From: an uncultured Chloroflexia bacterium
GTDB taxonomy: Bacteria > Chloroflexota > Limnocylindria > Limnocylindrales > CSP1-4
DNA length: 64,000 bases
Assembly: GCA_963843335.1 (NCBI GenBank)
Contig: CAWJKF010000008.1
Location: 144,500-208,499 of the forward strand
Direction of reading: 5' to 3'
Shown: piece by piece, positions 18,711 through 28,203 of the stretch
Layout of the letters: each line of letters begins with the position of its first letter
Numbering within the stretch: position 1 is the stretch's first letter
Notes under the pieces: generated by a model
The model's database searches: none
What the model saw: the letters and a program-made list of their open reading frames with translations, nothing else
Told to the model about the DNA's origin: nothing
Made by a program: the position numbers and the translations under genes

Positions 18711-18958
18711 GCCACCCCCCGAGCAAGAACAAGGCGGCCCCTGCCCACCAGCCAACGCCCGAAGGTTGGCGGGCGTCCCTGCACAGGACGCTCCCGATGC
18801 TCGGACCGACACCGTTGCCCTGGCGCCCGTGTCACCGGTCGTCGCATTGCGCCCGCGTGTCACGCTCAGCCCCTTGTGCTCATCTGAGTGTCCGGTAGCA
18901 TCGCCACGTCCAGGGCCATGGGGCCGTGCGTTCTCACATGGCCAGGATGGGAGGACCG

Positions 18959-19333
18959 ATGACCGAGCGAAGCGAAGGGGACATCAAGGCCATGTCCGGG
19001 GCACTCCAGCAGTGGCGGGTCGCAGAGCGGGCCGTGGCCGTCGCGAGGCGGGGCAGGCTCGCCGCGGAGGCCGCCGCGGCCGCAGCGGCAGAGGCGGCCG
19101 AAGCCGCGCTGGCGACGGCCGAGGCGGCCAAGGCTGCCTTGGCCGCATCGACCCTCGCCGAGGCGTCTGCCGCGAGGACCGCCACTGCCTCACGGCTCGT
19201 GGTCGAGTCGAGCCGCCTCGACGAGGCGGATGCCGCCTCCGAGCTGGCTATGGCGGAGGTGGCCGAGGCCCAGGCACACGCCCAGTACCGCAGCGCGGAG
19301 GCAGCATCGCTGAGCCGTTCCAAGGAGCCGTGA
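18959..19333 (+). CDS. Ala-rich coiled-coil hypothetical protein
   Basis: GGGAGG 5 nt before the ATG, and high GC3. Heptad-like [29 protein letters not shown]. Confidence 0.5.
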   Translation: MTERSEGDIKAMSGALQQWRVAERAVAVARRGRLAAEAAAAAAAEAAEAALATAEAAKAALAASTLAEASAARTATASRLVVESSRLDEADAASELAMAEVAEAQAHAQYRSAEAASLSRSKEP

Positions 19334-19560
19334 CCGGGCCTCATGGGATCGCGCTGATGCGGGTGTCGGCATCGACCGGGACGGCGCCGAGGGGCGAGGC
19401 GGGCCATTGGACCGCGGGCTAGGGAGGAGTCCCTGCAGGCCGTCCGCGATGTCGCGACCGAGCTGGGCAGCTCCGCGATGCCCGACCTGATCGAGACCCA
19501 GCTGTTCCGGGACGACTCGGGGGTGGGGCTGGACCCGCCGGAGCGACCGACCGACGAGTG

Positions 19561-19887
19561 CTAGCCGCCCACGGACTGGAGGCGATGGCCAAGGATGTAG
19601 ACCGCCCGCGTGGCAGCCTCCAGCTCGTCGTGCGGCACCACCAGGACCGCGGGCGCGTGCTGCGGTTCGTGGGGCACGACCACGAGGGTCGCCGGCCGCC
19701 CCACCTCGACATCGAGCTGGATGCGGCGGATCGCCTCCAGCGGCAGGTCGAGCACCGTGCGCTGCTCGGATGCCACGACCAGTCGCCGGTCGGTGACCGC
19801 GAACACCTCGGGTTGGGTCCCGGCGGCGATCTCCAGTCGCTCGTCGTCCGCCAGCCGGAACGGTAATGCGTCGGATCGCTGTTCCAT
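19561..19887 (-). CDS. small PH/GRAM-like domain protein (108 aa), paralog 2
   Basis: GGAGGG RBS. MEQRSDALPFRLADDERLEIAAGTQPEVFAVTDRRLVVAS... is about 80% identical to 6739..7065. Confidence 0.7.
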   Translation of the reverse strand: MEQRSDALPFRLADDERLEIAAGTQPEVFAVTDRRLVVASEQRTVLDLPLEAIRRIQLDVEVGRPATLVVVPHEPQHAPAVLVVPHDELEAATRAVYILGHRLQSVGG

Positions 19888-20227
19888 CTCTCGGACCCTC
19901 CGGTAGCAGCGCGACAAGGCCACGCTCGGCAGATGTGTCGCTCCTCGGAGTATGCGCGTCGAGTCTCGCTCTGGAGCGCGTCTGCGGGGTCTGGATGGTT
20001 GCGCCCGTGTCGCACTGAACCCCGCGGCACGGTGAACACCTGGACCGGCAACACGGCGTCCTCGAGCGGCCCGACGGGAATCTGCGCGCCGGCGTCTCGC
20101 GCCAACCTCCGCGACCGACGAATGTCACCTTCGATATGACCTTGCGGAGGTCACATCAGGTCCTCTCAGGGCGGCCCCGGTCGCCTCGACAAGACGGCGG
20201 CGCGAGGGGACGAGCCCTACGCGCGCA

Positions 20228-20288
20228 GGCCGCGACGGGAAGTCTCCATCTTGGAAGGCTGCCGCTCTGCCAACTGAGCTACTCCCGC
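20228..20288 (-). tRNA. tRNA-Gly(UCC)-like pseudogene: intact 5' half, degenerate 3' half
   Basis: The reverse complement reads GCGGGAG TA GCTC AGTTGGCA GAGC G GCAGC CTTCCAA. That covers the acceptor strand, D-arm, 5' anticodon stem, and loop with anticodon TCC. The complementary GCTGC strand, variable loop and most of the T-arm are missing. Only TTCCCGTCGC recalls a T-arm/acceptor 3' side. Confidence 0.5.
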
Positions 20289-20429
20289 CCGATATCGTGC
20301 TCCGGTAGAGCGTTAGCCTGTTCCGGAGCCCTTCGCTTCGAGGTGCGATCGAGCAAACGCTATGGCATCCCGTGCGTTGCGGTCCCGCGACCTCCCCCCA
20401 GTCTAACGGGCCCGGCGCCGTAGGCGGCG

Positions 20430-21986
20430 TCAGTGGACCCGCGACTCGTAGCCGGTCCAGAACGGCTCGCGCAGCTCACCCTTGAGGACCTTCCCGGTGC
20501 CGCCCCTGGGCAAGGCATCCTGGAAGTGGAAGTCGCGAGGCACCTTGAACCGGGCCAGGTGCTCACGGCAGTGTTGCCGCAGCTCCCTGACCGTCGCCAC
20601 TGCGTCGGGCTTGAGCACGACGATCGCGACCGGGGCCTCACCAAAGCGTTCATCCGGTGCGGCGACCACGGCACACTCGAGCACGGCCGGGTGCGCCGCG
20701 ATGACATTCTCGACCTCCACCGACGACAGGTTCTCGCCCGCGCGGATGATGATGTCCTTCGACCGGTCCTTGATGGTGACGTAGCCAGCCCCGTCGATCG
20801 TCCCCATGTCGCCGGTGTGCAACCAGCCGTCTAGCGTCGCCGCTGACGTGGCATCAGGGTCGCGGTAGTACCCGTGCATCACCATGTTGCCGCGGGCCAC
20901 GATCTCGCCGATCTGCTCGCCGTCCGCGCGGACGTCTGCCCCTTCCGCATCGATGACCCGGAGGGAGACTCCGGGGATGGGCCAACCCGTCATCGCCTGG
21001 CGCTCGATCCGTCGCTCTGGAGGTTCCGACTCCGTCAGGCCCCGGCGGGGCAGCGCGATGGTCAGGATGGGCGAGGTCTCGCTCAGCCCGTAACCGACCA
21101 CCGCCTCGACACCAAGCTCCTGTTCCAGGGCGCGCACCATCGACGGCGAGGCCGGCGCGCCGCCGATGATCAGCTGGCGCAGGCTGGACAGGTCGAAGCG
21201 CTGGCGTTCACCGCTGTGGAGGACGGCGTTGAAGATCGCGGGGACGCCCAGCAGGCGTGTCACCCGATGACGCTCGACCAGGGTCATGAGCGCCGCCGGC
21301 TCGAATCTCCGGAGCATCACGTGTCGGCCGCCGAGCAGGGTCAGGAAGTGCGGTACGCCCCAGCCGTTGACGTGGAACAGGGGCACCACGTGCAGGACCA
21401 CATCGCTCTCGTTGAAGCCGAGCGCAAGCTGGGCGTTGATCGCGTGCAGGTACAGGTTGCGGTGGGTCAATGCGACTCCCTTGGGCAGGCCGGTCGTGCC
21501 GCTCGTGTAGAACAGCTCGGCGATCGCGTTCTCGTCGACCTGTGGATGCCGCGGCTCGGATGACGCCCCCGCGAGGAGCGCCTCGTACTCGTCGGTGGCG
21601 ATACCGCCCCGCTCCCCCTCAAGGACCACGAGCCTCGGACGGGAGGACATCGAGGGCACGATGGACTCGACGAGGGGCAGGAAGTCCCGGTGGAACACCA
21701 GCACCCGCGAGGCCGCATGGTCCAGGATGTACCCGATGTCGTGCGGGGTCAGACGAACGTTGACCGGATTGAGGACCGCCCCTGCCTCGAGGACGCCGAA
21801 ATACGCCTCGAGCAGGTGATGCGTGTTGTAGGTCAGGAACGAGACCCGGTCGCCCGCGGCGACGCCCAGGTCAACGAGCGCGTTCGCGAGGCGATGGCTC
21901 CGTTCGGCGAACATGCGGTACGTGAAGGATCGCTCCCCATCGACCACCGCCACGTTGTCGGCGTAGTAGGCGGCGGCGCCGATCAC
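20430..21986 (-). CDS. AMP-dependent acyl-CoA synthetase/ligase (true start probably ATG 22017, separated by a frame break near 21980)
   Basis: YTSGTTGLPKGV (AMP-binding motif), GYGLSET, TGDMG, and GKVLKGELRE at the C-terminus. Upstream, ATG 22017 has a GGAGGTGA RBS and reads MFVPLSVLEFRDR, which would join AAAYYADNVAVVDG after removal of one base. Confidence 0.85.
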   Translation of the reverse strand: MIGAAAYYADNVAVVDGERSFTYRMFAERSHRLANALVDLGVAAGDRVSFLTYNTHHLLEAYFGVLEAGAVLNPVNVRLTPHDIGYILDHAASRVLVFHRDFLPLVESIVPSMSSRPRLVVLEGERGGIATDEYEALLAGASSEPRHPQVDENAIAELFYTSGTTGLPKGVALTHRNLYLHAINAQLALGFNESDVVLHVVPLFHVNGWGVPHFLTLLGGRHVMLRRFEPAALMTLVERHRVTRLLGVPAIFNAVLHSGERQRFDLSSLRQLIIGGAPASPSMVRALEQELGVEAVVGYGLSETSPILTIALPRRGLTESEPPERRIERQAMTGWPIPGVSLRVIDAEGADVRADGEQIGEIVARGNMVMHGYYRDPDATSAATLDGWLHTGDMGTIDGAGYVTIKDRSKDIIIRAGENLSSVEVENVIAAHPAVLECAVVAAPDERFGEAPVAIVVLKPDAVATVRELRQHCREHLARFKVPRDFHFQDALPRGGTGKVLKGELREPFWTGYESRVH

Positions 21987-22186
21987 GGAACTCCAGGACC
22001 GACAGCGGGACGAACATCGGGACTCACCTCCAGGTGTTCGCTGAGGCTACACGCACTCCACGCCGCCCGAGGTCTCCGGGGCGCATGACCCGAGCTCCGT
22101 GCTGTAGCCTCGTGCGGTCCGCTCGTGGCCGCCGCCCGGCTGCCGCTCGACGGGCCTCGAATCGACTGTCACGACGGATCGCTGCC

Positions 22187-22747
22187 ATGCGCTCGTACTT
22201 CATGGGCACACCCAGACTCGGTTTCAGCACCTGGTCAGCTGCTGACCGTGATCTCGCCATCGCGCTGTGGGGGGATGCCCGGGTCACGGCCCTCATCGGT
22301 GGTCCATTCACGCTGGCCCAGGTCGAGGAGCGGCTCGCCCGGGAGATCAGGACACAGGCCGAGCTGGGGTTCCAGTACTGGCCCCTGTTCCGCCTCGCCG
22401 ATGACGCACACGTCGGATGCTGCGGGCTTCGGCCGGTCCCCGGCAGCGACGGGGTCCTGGAACTCGGTTTCCACCTCCGGACCGAGCACTGGGGCCAGGG
22501 CTTCGCGACGGAGTCGGCCCGGGCGGCCATCGGGTACGCGTTCACGACCCTCGGGGTGTCAGCGCTCGTTGCCGGACACAATCCCCGCAACACCGCCTCC
22601 AGCCATGTGCTCCAGCGCCTCGGCTTCCGGTACACGCGTGACGAGTTCTACGCCCCGACCGGTCTCCGGCACCCATCGTATGAGCTCACGGCGGATGAGC
22701 ACCGGCTGGATGATCCGCCAACCGCTGATGGCGGACGCCAGGACTAG
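22187..22747 (+). CDS. GNAT-family N-acetyltransferase (RimJ/RimL-like)
   Basis: [27 protein letters not shown]...[13 protein letters not shown]. Confidence 0.85.
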   Translation: MRSYFMGTPRLGFSTWSAADRDLAIALWGDARVTALIGGPFTLAQVEERLAREIRTQAELGFQYWPLFRLADDAHVGCCGLRPVPGSDGVLELGFHLRTEHWGQGFATESARAAIGYAFTTLGVSALVAGHNPRNTASSHVLQRLGFRYTRDEFYAPTGLRHPSYELTADEHRLDDPPTADGGRQD

Positions 22748-24147
22748 AAGTCGGCGCTGGCCGGCGTGCGCGGGAAGGGGATGACGTCCCGGATGTTGGC
22801 CATCCCGGTGGCATATGCGACCGCCCGATCGAACCCCAGCCCAAACCCGGCGTGCGGAACGGTGCCGTACCGGCGCAGGTCGCGATACCACCAGTACGCG
22901 GCAGGGTCGAGCCCGGTCTCCCGGATCCGTGCGTCGAGCACGTCGAGACGCTCCTCGCGCTGGCTGCCACCGACGATCTCGCCGATGCCGGGCGCGAGCA
23001 CGTCCATGGCCGCCACGGTTCGTTCGTCGTCGTTCAGGCGCATGTAGAACGCCTTGATCTGCTTGGGGTAGTTGACCACCACGACCGGCCGCCTGGCGTA
23101 CTCCTCGCACAGATAGCGTTCGTGCTCGGCCTGGAGGGCGACGCCCCATGCCACCGGGAACTCGAATGATCGACCCGACCGCTCCAGGACCTCGATGGCC
23201 TCCGCATACTCCATCCGCGCGAAGCTCGACTCGACGAAGGCCTCGAGCCGGCTGACGGCTTCGGTGTCGATCCGTTCGGCGAAGAACGCCATGTCGTCGG
23301 CGCGCTCGTTCAGGACCGCGCGGAAGCTGTAGCGGAGCAAGTCCTCCGCCAGGTCGGCATTGGCCGCGACGTCGGCGAATGCGATCTCCGGTTCGACCAT
23401 CCAGAACTCGGAGAGATGGCGACTGGTGTTCGAGTTCTCGGCCCGAAACGTGGGCCCGAAGGTGTAGACGCGGGTCAGCGCCAGGCAGTATGCCTCCACG
23501 TTGAGCTGACCCGACACGGTGAGGAAGGCCGGCTTGCCGAAGAAGTCCTGGGAGTAGTCGACCGCACCCTCCGGCGTGCGCGGGAGGTTCGCCAGGTCGA
23601 GCGTCGAGACACGGAACATCTCTCCGGCGCCCTCGGCATCGCTGGCCGTCAGGATCGGCGTGTGGATCCAGTAGAAGCCGTGCTCATCGAAGTAGCGATG
23701 CATGGCCATGGCGAGACAGTGCCGGACCCGGGCAACCGCGCCCCCGGTGTTCGTTCGCACGCGCAAGTGGGCGACCTCGCGGAGGTACTCGAACGTGTGC
23801 CGCTTGGGCGATATGGGATAGCTCGCCGGATCTTCCACCCAGCCGACCACGGTGACGGACTCGGCCAGGAGCTCGGTCGCCTGCCCGGCGCCCTGCGATG
23901 GGACCACCGTGCCGGTGACCGAGATCGCGCAGCCGGCGGTCAGGTGCAGGACCTCGTCGTCGTAGTTGTCAAGGCCTGCCGGGGCCACGACCTGGAGGGC
24001 GTCGAAGCATGACCCGTCGTGCAGATGCAGGAACGAGAGCCCCGCCTTCGAGTCACGACGTGTCCTGATCCAGCCCTGGACCGTTGCCCGGCCGCCGGCC
24101 ACGATGCGGCCCGCGAGGACATCCACGACTCGTTCTGGCTGCGGCAT
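22744..24147 (-). CDS. asnS: asparagine--tRNA ligase
   Basis: Class IIb signature [29 protein letters not shown], and [27 protein letters not shown]. Confidence 0.95.
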   Translation of the reverse strand: MPQPERVVDVLAGRIVAGGRATVQGWIRTRRDSKAGLSFLHLHDGSCFDALQVVAPAGLDNYDDEVLHLTAGCAISVTGTVVPSQGAGQATELLAESVTVVGWVEDPASYPISPKRHTFEYLREVAHLRVRTNTGGAVARVRHCLAMAMHRYFDEHGFYWIHTPILTASDAEGAGEMFRVSTLDLANLPRTPEGAVDYSQDFFGKPAFLTVSGQLNVEAYCLALTRVYTFGPTFRAENSNTSRHLSEFWMVEPEIAFADVAANADLAEDLLRYSFRAVLNERADDMAFFAERIDTEAVSRLEAFVESSFARMEYAEAIEVLERSGRSFEFPVAWGVALQAEHERYLCEEYARRPVVVVNYPKQIKAFYMRLNDDERTVAAMDVLAPGIGEIVGGSQREERLDVLDARIRETGLDPAAYWWYRDLRRYGTVPHAGFGLGFDRAVAYATGMANIRDVIPFPRTPASADF

Positions 24148-24384
24148 GAGGTTCTCCTTCCGGCCTCGCGGAGCACCGGGTGTCAGGCGGCTTGACCCGA
24201 TCAGGATGAACCATCGTCGATGCGATGGCTGGCTAGCCGTGATGGGTCTACGCGCACGGCCTTCGCACAGGTGAGACCTGGGTCACCATCACTTCCTGAT
24301 GCAAGGTCATCACCCGACTGACCATGACCCGCCCGGGGCGTGAGCCGCGTCCCGCCGTCTGGGTACCACCACGGGAGGATCCAC

Positions 24385-24822
24385 ATGTCGTCCATCAGAT
24401 TCGACCATGTCGGCATCACGGTCGCGGACCTCGACACGGTGACGGCGTTCTTCGTCGGGTTGGGCCTCGAGGTCGAGGGCAGGATGTCCATGGAAGGCGA
24501 GTTCGTGGACACCGTCATCGGCATCCCGGACTCCCGGTCCGAGGTCGTCACGCTCCGGCCGCCCGGCGGCGGGACCGGGCTGGAACTGTCGAGCTTCGTC
24601 CGACCAGCCCACGCACCGGGGTCGCCCGATGCCATGTCCAACGAGCTTGGGCTGCGCAACGTCATGTTCGAGGTGGACGACCTGCAGGCCGTCGTCGATC
24701 GCCTGGCTGCGGACGGCTACGGTCTGGTCGGGGGCATCGGCCAGTACGAGGACATCTGGCGCATGACGTACGTGCGCGGGCCGGAGGGGATCATCGTGGC
24801 CCTGGCACAGCGCATCGACTGA
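24385..24822 (+). CDS. VOC (glyoxalase/bleomycin-resistance/dioxygenase) family protein
   Basis: GGGAGGA RBS. IRFDHVGITVADLD...LELSSF...GLRNVMFEVDDL...PEGIIVAL. Confidence 0.85.
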   Translation: MSSIRFDHVGITVADLDTVTAFFVGLGLEVEGRMSMEGEFVDTVIGIPDSRSEVVTLRPPGGGTGLELSSFVRPAHAPGSPDAMSNELGLRNVMFEVDDLQAVVDRLAADGYGLVGGIGQYEDIWRMTYVRGPEGIIVALAQRID

Positions 24823-24938
24823 CCCGCTCGTCGGCGTCGCTCGGAACACCGACCCGGAGCACCGGGGGCCATACGGCCCGTCCGCGCGGGGGTCATGTGG
24901 CATCTTGCGCGATCCAGCGGCGGGGGGATGATCCCGAC

Positions 24939-25634
24939 ATGCTCGGTGCGCCAGCTGTCTCGACTGCGTATGGATGGCGTCATCGGTCCCCGATGGCGGT
25001 ACCGCGGGAATGGATGGCGGTCTCGTGGTCGCATGCGGTCCATGCTGGCTGCAGGTTCGCGCTCGACCTGGCCGCGGCGGGCTTGATGACGTTGGCCGTC
25101 CCGGTCGTGACCCTGGCCACCGGGGCCGGTCTGACGGTGATGGTGGGAACGACCATCACGCCGCCTGTGTCGGTGGAGCTGGGTGGCGTGCCCGGCGGGG
25201 TGGGTGTCGGGCGGACCGTGGCACTGGCATGGTGGTCCAACGACGGGGCGATGGTGGTCAGGGCGGTCGCCTCGGATCTGCTGTGCATCGATGCCTCGTG
25301 CGGCGCACCCGGCGCACCCGACGGCATCGCCGGTACGGCCGTGGCCCTCCGCTCCCTTGGCACGGCAGCCGAGCCTGCCGACCGATCTGGCGTCATCGCC
25401 ATCATCGACGGGGTTCACAGCGAGGTGGCGTCACGAGGGTCGTTCGGGGTATCGATCGAGATCCCGGTCGTGCGACCGGGTCGATATGCGGGCTCGCTCG
25501 ATTACGCCGTCATCGACCCGCAGCACCCAGGCGCCCCGGATCGGGTGTTCGCCGGGCCGGACGGGTCAGGCCACGTCGGCTCCCGTCTCCTGGTGACCGT
25601 TGGGCGAGTCACGGGACCGCCGGATCGGCGGTGA
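24939..25634 (+). CDS. hypothetical protein (start uncertain)
   Basis: The distal two thirds are protein-like with high GC3 (..VALAWWSNDGAMVVRAVASDLLCIDASCGAPGAPDG..GSFGVSIEIPVVRPGRYAGSLDYAVIDP..). No family recognised. Confidence 0.4.
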   Translation: MLGAPAVSTAYGWRHRSPMAVPREWMAVSWSHAVHAGCRFALDLAAAGLMTLAVPVVTLATGAGLTVMVGTTITPPVSVELGGVPGGVGVGRTVALAWWSNDGAMVVRAVASDLLCIDASCGAPGAPDGIAGTAVALRSLGTAAEPADRSGVIAIIDGVHSEVASRGSFGVSIEIPVVRPGRYAGSLDYAVIDPQHPGAPDRVFAGPDGSGHVGSRLLVTVGRVTGPPDRR

Positions 25635-25677
25635 TCACGCGATGCGGCCAGCGAACCCTTGACGGCCGCCGCCCGCC

Positions 25678-26292
25678 TCAGGGCCTGGTGCCGGTGAGCA
25701 GGAAGAGCGGATAGGGGCGGCCATCGCGCTCGATCGAGAGCGCGGACGCGGTCCGGGCGTCCACGAACCCGACCGCGCCGGCGAGGCGGACGATCTCGGC
25801 CCGCTCGAACCCGTGGTGATGGATGCCGGGCGCGTCCTCGTCGTGGAACGAGCCGTCCTCGGCGTCGAGGTCGAGGAGGGCGATCCGTCCGCCGGGCGCG
25901 AGGAGTGCGTGGATCGCGGCCAGCGCGGCCGTCGTGTCCGCGACATGGTGGAGGACGAGGAGCGACACCGCGAGGTCGAAGGACGGCGCGAGCGGTCGGT
26001 CGGCGACGAGGTCGAAGGCCAGCGCGCTGGCATTGGGCCACGCACCGGTCGCAAGCTTCTCGCGTGCCACCTCGAGCATCCCCGACGATGGCTCGGCCAG
26101 GACCACTTCCCCCACATCGCTCGTCAGCTCCAGTCCCAGGAGTCCCGTACCGGCGCCGATGTCGATGAGGCGCATGGAGCGTGTCAGCGGCACGTGCTGG
26201 CGGATGACTGCCGCGAGCGCCTGGGCGCGCTCGCGACGCTCGGGGGTGTCCCAGTCGCGTGCCCGTTCGTCGAATGTGGTCATGGTGGCCAT
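25678..26292 (-). CDS. class I SAM-dependent methyltransferase
   Basis: RLIDIGAGTGLLGLEL (motif I), VLHHV, and LAPGGRIALLD. Confidence 0.85.
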   Translation of the reverse strand: MATMTTFDERARDWDTPERRERAQALAAVIRQHVPLTRSMRLIDIGAGTGLLGLELTSDVGEVVLAEPSSGMLEVAREKLATGAWPNASALAFDLVADRPLAPSFDLAVSLLVLHHVADTTAALAAIHALLAPGGRIALLDLDAEDGSFHDEDAPGIHHHGFERAEIVRLAGAVGFVDARTASALSIERDGRPYPLFLLTGTRP

Positions 26293-26542
26293 GATGACCG
26301 GATCGGGCCGTGCCCGATATCGCCGGGCAGGTTCGCGATCCCTTCCACGGCACCCACGCGCGAGGCTGCCGCGCCCGTGGGGCACCCGCACGGGATGCCT
26401 CGGCCGGCGACGATCACCTCCGTATCGCGCGAACCGAAGCTGACGCATTGACTCCGTGCCCGACGACTTGCGACGATAGGGCCCCGCCCCGCGTCTGGAG
26501 GATCCGACCCTGCGTCCGAGCCGTCTCCCATCCGTCGTCCTC

Positions 26543-27964
26543 GTGATCCTGCTCGCCTTCGGCGGCGCCATCCCAGCGACCACGCTCGCCCAGTCGAGTG
26601 GCGACCAACGGGTCACCGTCACGATCGTCGCGGTCGGTGACACGGGCCTGAGCGGTCTCGCGATCCTGACGTCGGACGATGCGGGGACCGCCGCGAACGT
26701 CCTGGCGGTGGGTGCCCCCGCCGGCACGACCGCTGTCGTCCACGCCGGCACTTGCGCGGCCATCGATCCGGCACCGGTCGGATTGCTGGGCGACGTCAGC
26801 GCGGCGGGGCAGCTTTCGGTCGTCATACCGGTGCCCTTCTCGATGGTGGCGGATGGCAACCACGTCGTTGCCTTCCATCCCGGTCTCGACCTCGCCAGCA
26901 CGCTCGGCTGCGGTGCGGTCCCGCTTGCCGCGACGACCGCCACGCCGGGCCCGGGGGGCAGCCCTGGGCCCGCGTCCAGTACCGCCGCCGGCATCCGGTT
27001 CGACAGCGCCACGTACGGGTTCGGCATCTCCTGGACGGCGCCGTGGACCCGGATGGGCCTCGAGGCGGTCTCCGGTATCGACGGGGTGCGTCTGGGTGAT
27101 GGGACGAGCGAGGTCATCCTCGCGGGTCACCAGGTCGCGGACGGCGACGCTGTGACGTGCATCCGGGATTGGGAAGGCCGCCTCCTCGCGGCGTTGCGCG
27201 CCGGAGGCATCGGTGACCTCGCGCCTGCCGCCGGTGCTGACGGCAAACCCGTCGACGCAGGCGACGGGCAGCGATCGCAGGGCGCGTACCAGTTCAGCCT
27301 CCTCTCGGCGGACGCCCCGGCCAGGACGATCGTGGAGCGCGCCGACTGCCGTCGGCTGTCGAGCCAGTCGGTGCTCGAGATCACCATCGACATCCCCGCG
27401 GATGCGCTCGCCGCCGAGACGGTCGCCGTGGACGCCCTGTTGGCGGCAGTGACCACGACCGGCGTGGTGACGATCGACCCGACACCGGTCCCCACCACCG
27501 CGGCACCGGCCACCCCGGCGCCGACGGTCGCCCCGACCCCGGTGCCGACACCAACGGTCGACCCCGGCTGTGCCGGCATGGACATCTGGGTCCCCGCGAC
27601 CCTCGCGCGGATCGACCAGCTCAAGGGCCTCGCTGCCGACGCCGCAGCGGCGATGAACAGCGGCATGGAGGTGTACGCGAACCGGCTCGCGGACAACTCC
27701 CTGGCTGTGCAGCAGCTGCTCCAGGCGCAGCGGCGGGACCCGGTGCCGACGGCGGTCCAGCAGGTCCAGGTGGACCTGCTGCGCATGTACCAACTGCTTG
27801 CAGATGCGTACGACCTGCTGTCGCAGGCGTACCACACCGGCGACACCGCGCTGCTCCAGCAGGGCCTCGGCAAGGCCAACGAATCCGAGTCGGTGGCCAG
27901 CTCGACGCGACGGGCCCTGCGGGAGGCCGCGTCACCCTGCGGCATCACGGTGCCTGCCGCCTGA
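26543..27964 (+). CDS. secreted multi-domain protein of unknown function
   Basis: Hydrophobic N-terminus ..VVLVILLAFGGAIPATTLAQS; the real start may be upstream of GTG 26543. N-terminal domain carries VVHAGTC...LGCGAV, followed by Pro/Thr linkers and an alpha-helical C-terminal region. The N-domain is paralogous to 9388..10103. Confidence 0.7.
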   Translation: MILLAFGGAIPATTLAQSSGDQRVTVTIVAVGDTGLSGLAILTSDDAGTAANVLAVGAPAGTTAVVHAGTCAAIDPAPVGLLGDVSAAGQLSVVIPVPFSMVADGNHVVAFHPGLDLASTLGCGAVPLAATTATPGPGGSPGPASSTAAGIRFDSATYGFGISWTAPWTRMGLEAVSGIDGVRLGDGTSEVILAGHQVADGDAVTCIRDWEGRLLAALRAGGIGDLAPAAGADGKPVDAGDGQRSQGAYQFSLLSADAPARTIVERADCRRLSSQSVLEITIDIPADALAAETVAVDALLAAVTTTGVVTIDPTPVPTTAAPATPAPTVAPTPVPTPTVDPGCAGMDIWVPATLARIDQLKGLAADAAAAMNSGMEVYANRLADNSLAVQQLLQAQRRDPVPTAVQQVQVDLLRMYQLLADAYDLLSQAYHTGDTALLQQGLGKANESESVASSTRRALREAASPCGITVPAA

Positions 27965-28203
27965 GGATGCTCCGAGCGCCGGACTCTGGGTACCGGCATC
28001 GCGACAGAGCTGAGCGGCGCCCTCATCGATCCGGCCACCGGCCAGGTCGAGCCGTTCGCCACGATTGGCTCGTGGAAGCGCCCCCTCGTGCGGCCGCTGC
28101 CCGACCGCTGAGCCTGGCGCAGCCGGCCTGATCCGGCTCGCCAAGTCACTGGGCGCGGCGTCGTGAGGGACCATCTCGGCATGTCACCCTGGGCCGTCCT
28201 GGC

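Noticed and set aside
6739-19887. The two PH-like gene copies as ends of a composite transposon
   Set aside because: The repeats are ordinary protein-coding paralogs at ~80% identity, in direct orientation. They have no transposase of their own and no target duplications.
20299-20329. 7-bp stem hairpin (GCTCCGG...CCGGAGC) next to the tRNA remnant, with TAGAGC resembling a D-arm
   Set aside because: I could not fold the surrounding sequence into a cloverleaf. The loop is 17 nt and there is no U-tract, so it is neither a tRNA nor a convincing terminator.
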